Source of the DNA: Octopus sinensis
Lineage: Eukaryota
Direction of reading: 5' to 3'
NCBI RefSeq assembly: GCF_006345805.1
Contig: NW_021836698.1
Coordinates: 1-23,274 of the forward strand
Length of the DNA stretch: 23,274 nt
Each line of letters opens with the position of its first letter. Position 1 is the first letter of the stretch. This document shows positions 20,989 through 23,274 of the stretch, in pieces. The notes beneath the pieces are model-generated. The model worked only from the letters and a program-made list of their open reading frames with translations. It was not told the DNA's origin and searched no databases. The translations under genes and the position numbers were made by a program.

Positions 20989-21200
20989 ACTCTCTCTCTT
21001 TACTCTTTTACTTGTTTCAGTCATTTGACTGCGGCCATGCTGGAGCACCGACTTTGGTCGAGCAAATCGACCCCAGGACTTATTCTTTGTAAGCCCAGTA
21101 CTTATTCTATCGGTCTCTTTTGCTGAACCGCTAAGTTACGGGGACCTAAACACACCAGCATCTGTTGTCAAGCAATGCTAGGGGAACAAACACAGACACA

Positions 21201-21205
<5 letters not shown>
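20989..21205 (-). mobile_element. SINE family A, copy 5 (3' half only, ends at a (CA)n tract)
   Basis: TTCAGTCATTTGACTGCGGCCATGCTGGAGCACCG...GAACCGCTAAGTTACGGGGAC...TTGTCAAGC; no tRNA head beyond the microsatellite. Confidence 0.9.
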
Positions 21206-21271
<66 letters not shown>

Positions 21272-21282
21272 ACACACACACA
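21206..21282. repeat. (CA)n microsatellite
   Basis: Long near-perfect CA run. Confidence 0.95.
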
Positions 21283-21398
21283 TATATATCTCTCTTGCTT
21301 CTGTTAACTGTTAATAAAAGCACACATACACACACACATACATAAATATATATATATATGTATGCATACATATATATGTATGCATATATTTATATATA

Positions 21399-21912
21399 TC
21401 TATATATATAAAACTGTAGTTGTGTGAGTGTCTGTCCCCTTCGATTTAGATTCCTAACTCCTCCCACATTTTGCGGTGCAGTTTAACCAAATTCGGGTAT
21501 CTTATAGTCGTGATTCATATCGAGCCCGTCTGAGTATTAGCGCGCGTCTACGATGAGTCTACGAATTTAAAAATAATTTAACATCATTTTTTATTCCATT
21601 TTAATGCATAATTTTTCGTGTTGTCGATGGCGGCGGAGTTGGCGTCCATGGTCACACCTGCACCTGTTTGCTTCTCCCCTTCTTCCCTCCCTCGTGAAGC
21701 TGTGGGGAAGGGAGTGTAAGGAAATCAACGTCGTAAAGCGTTGTCAAGGAGACCAGCGTTCTTTTAGAACAACGACTTCATGGCTTGAAGACACCAAAAC
21801 AGAAATGGCTAAGAAAGCCCGAATTGGCAACCTATAAGGGAAGTAACTCTCTAAAAATGCGTATATAGTTATTTCCCTTACAAACCCGAGCAACGCCGGG
21901 CGATACTGCTAG
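21399..21912 (+). mobile_element. Non-autonomous Helitron (514 bp)
   Basis: A|TC(TA)nAAAACTG... 5' end; subterminal hairpin CCCGAGCAACGCCGGG at 21885-21900; ends CTAG|T at 21909-21912; inserted at an AT site without a TSD; no coding capacity. Confidence 0.88.
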
Positions 21913-21919
21913 TATATAT

Positions 21920-21948
<29 letters not shown>

Positions 21949-21950
<2 letters not shown>

Positions 21951-22007
21951 GTGGGAGTAGTTACGAATCTAAATCGAAGGGGACAGACACTCACATAACT
22001 ACAGTTT

Positions 22008-22018
<11 letters not shown>
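21949..22018 (-). mobile_element. Inverted 5'-terminal fragment of the same Helitron
   Basis: Reverse complement AAAACTGTAGTTATGTGAGTGTCTGTCCCCTTCGATTTAGATTCGTAACTACTCCCAC differs from the Helitron 5' end (about 21410-21467) at 3 positions. Confidence 0.9.
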
Positions 22019-22053
<35 letters not shown>

Positions 22054-22245
22054 CAGTATTAATAGTAGAAGGAAATGATATTAAGCATGAAGTAGCTGTG
22101 ATATTCGAAGCTTTACAAGACATGGGCGTTTCACCAAAATGTCGAAACGATTACATAACAACTGGAGATGTTACAAAATAATGCAAGTCACCTCATCAGT
22201 GCCCCGCAATAAATGCCGCATTTAACTATGCCTCCGCTTCTTGTT

Positions 22246-22279
<34 letters not shown>

Positions 22280-22358
22280 ATATATATTATATATATAATA
22301 TATAATAGCGAATGCACATACTCAATGTATTTGCTTTGCTTGCTCGCCGGTTTTGCAG

Positions 22359-22433
22359 CTGATAAGCGTTTTGAGGACGACTACTTCATAGTAAACACTG
22401 GAAAGTCAAAGGAAATTATTATGTTTACATTAG
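22359..22433 (+). CDS. Candidate internal coding exon (75 nt, phase 1-1) of an unidentified gene: xDKRFEDDYFIVNTGKSKEIIMFTL(G)
   Basis: Pyrimidine-rich acceptor TTGCTTTGCTTGCTCGCCGGTTTTGCAG| and donor TTAG|GTGGGG (weak); frame-preserving length; open frame with protein-like composition. No family recognised. Confidence 0.45.
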
Positions 22434-23003
22434 GTGGGGTGGTGTCCTCATCTTGATCGTTGCTTTCACTGTTCCGACTGTTGTACGCTTCATCCTTCTT
22501 CGTGTGTCTTGCGACTCACCTTAGTGCATTACGTCGGATTGAGCTCATAACTTCTAGGTGACTGAACTGCACGGTCATAGCGTAGTGGATAAAGGCGTTG
22601 GTTTCCTATGGTTTTCGTGAATTGTCTGATCCACAAATATATGATATAGTCTCAGGTATGTGTTGACTACGGCAAAGACTGATTAACAGACTCATAAAAA
22701 CGATCATAGAAAAACAAGGGGTTGGGGAGTAAAGAGTAGGAACAGTGATACGACCATGATAGATAAATTCCTAAACAGGTCCATTCAGTTAGTTTCAATA
22801 AATATACTTTCTTATCTAATTGGAAGTTAATATATGTAGATGGCTATTTAGGTAAACGTTCATAAGAGCGGAAGATAAGGCAATGCAAGTGTTGATTTCT
22901 CTCCATTGTTATTAATGTTTGTGTGTGTTCGTCGCTCGTGTCTGTGTGAAATTATGATTGTCTATACCTACGATCATATTTATATACACAATCACACCCA
23001 ATG

Positions 23004-23042
<39 letters not shown>

Positions 23043-23274
23043 CTATATATATACACGCAGAGAGAGACAGAAAAAGAGAGGGTGAGAGAGAAACGAGGTG
23101 GAGTTATAATTATATACGTACATGTATAAACGCGTGTGTGTGTGTGTGGGGGGGGGTGTCTTTGTGCATAAGGAATCAAACACAATACAATATATGGGTT
23201 AATAATGCTCGTTTACCTGGTGTTTTGACGGAATCCGGCGATTGTGAATATTGAGAGTTCATTAACGATGTAGC

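Noticed and set aside
1-23274. CRISPR array, rRNA, or prokaryotic operon/defence system
   Set aside because: No regularly interspaced repeats with unique spacers and no rRNA-like sequence; the content is typical eukaryotic repeat-rich DNA.

Overview
Eukaryotic, AT-rich, microsatellite-dense genomic DNA, most likely intronic or intergenic. The SINE repertoire resembles that of coleoid cephalopods (Octopus); this is recognition from memory, not a database result. No intact gene is present and most listed ORFs are microsatellite read-throughs or alternative frames. Bases 1-10.2 kb are a retroelement cluster: four decayed CR1-clade LINE copies (two +, then two -) and a 5'-truncated Penelope-like element (RT thumb + GIY-YIG) with a degenerate minimal hammerhead ribozyme downstream. 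The remainder holds a mariner MITE built from two 3' ends, an internally deleted DD37D/maT-type Tc1/mariner, three tRNA-derived SINE families (one sharing a covarying 3' stem-loop tail with the CR1 LINE), a 219-bp near-perfect palindrome inside a SINE, and a non-autonomous Helitron followed by an inverted copy of its own 5' end. The TE-poor stretch at 17.7-20.6 kb contains a strong pre-miRNA-like hairpin. A candidate 75-nt symmetric coding exon of an unidentified + strand gene lies at 22359-22433.
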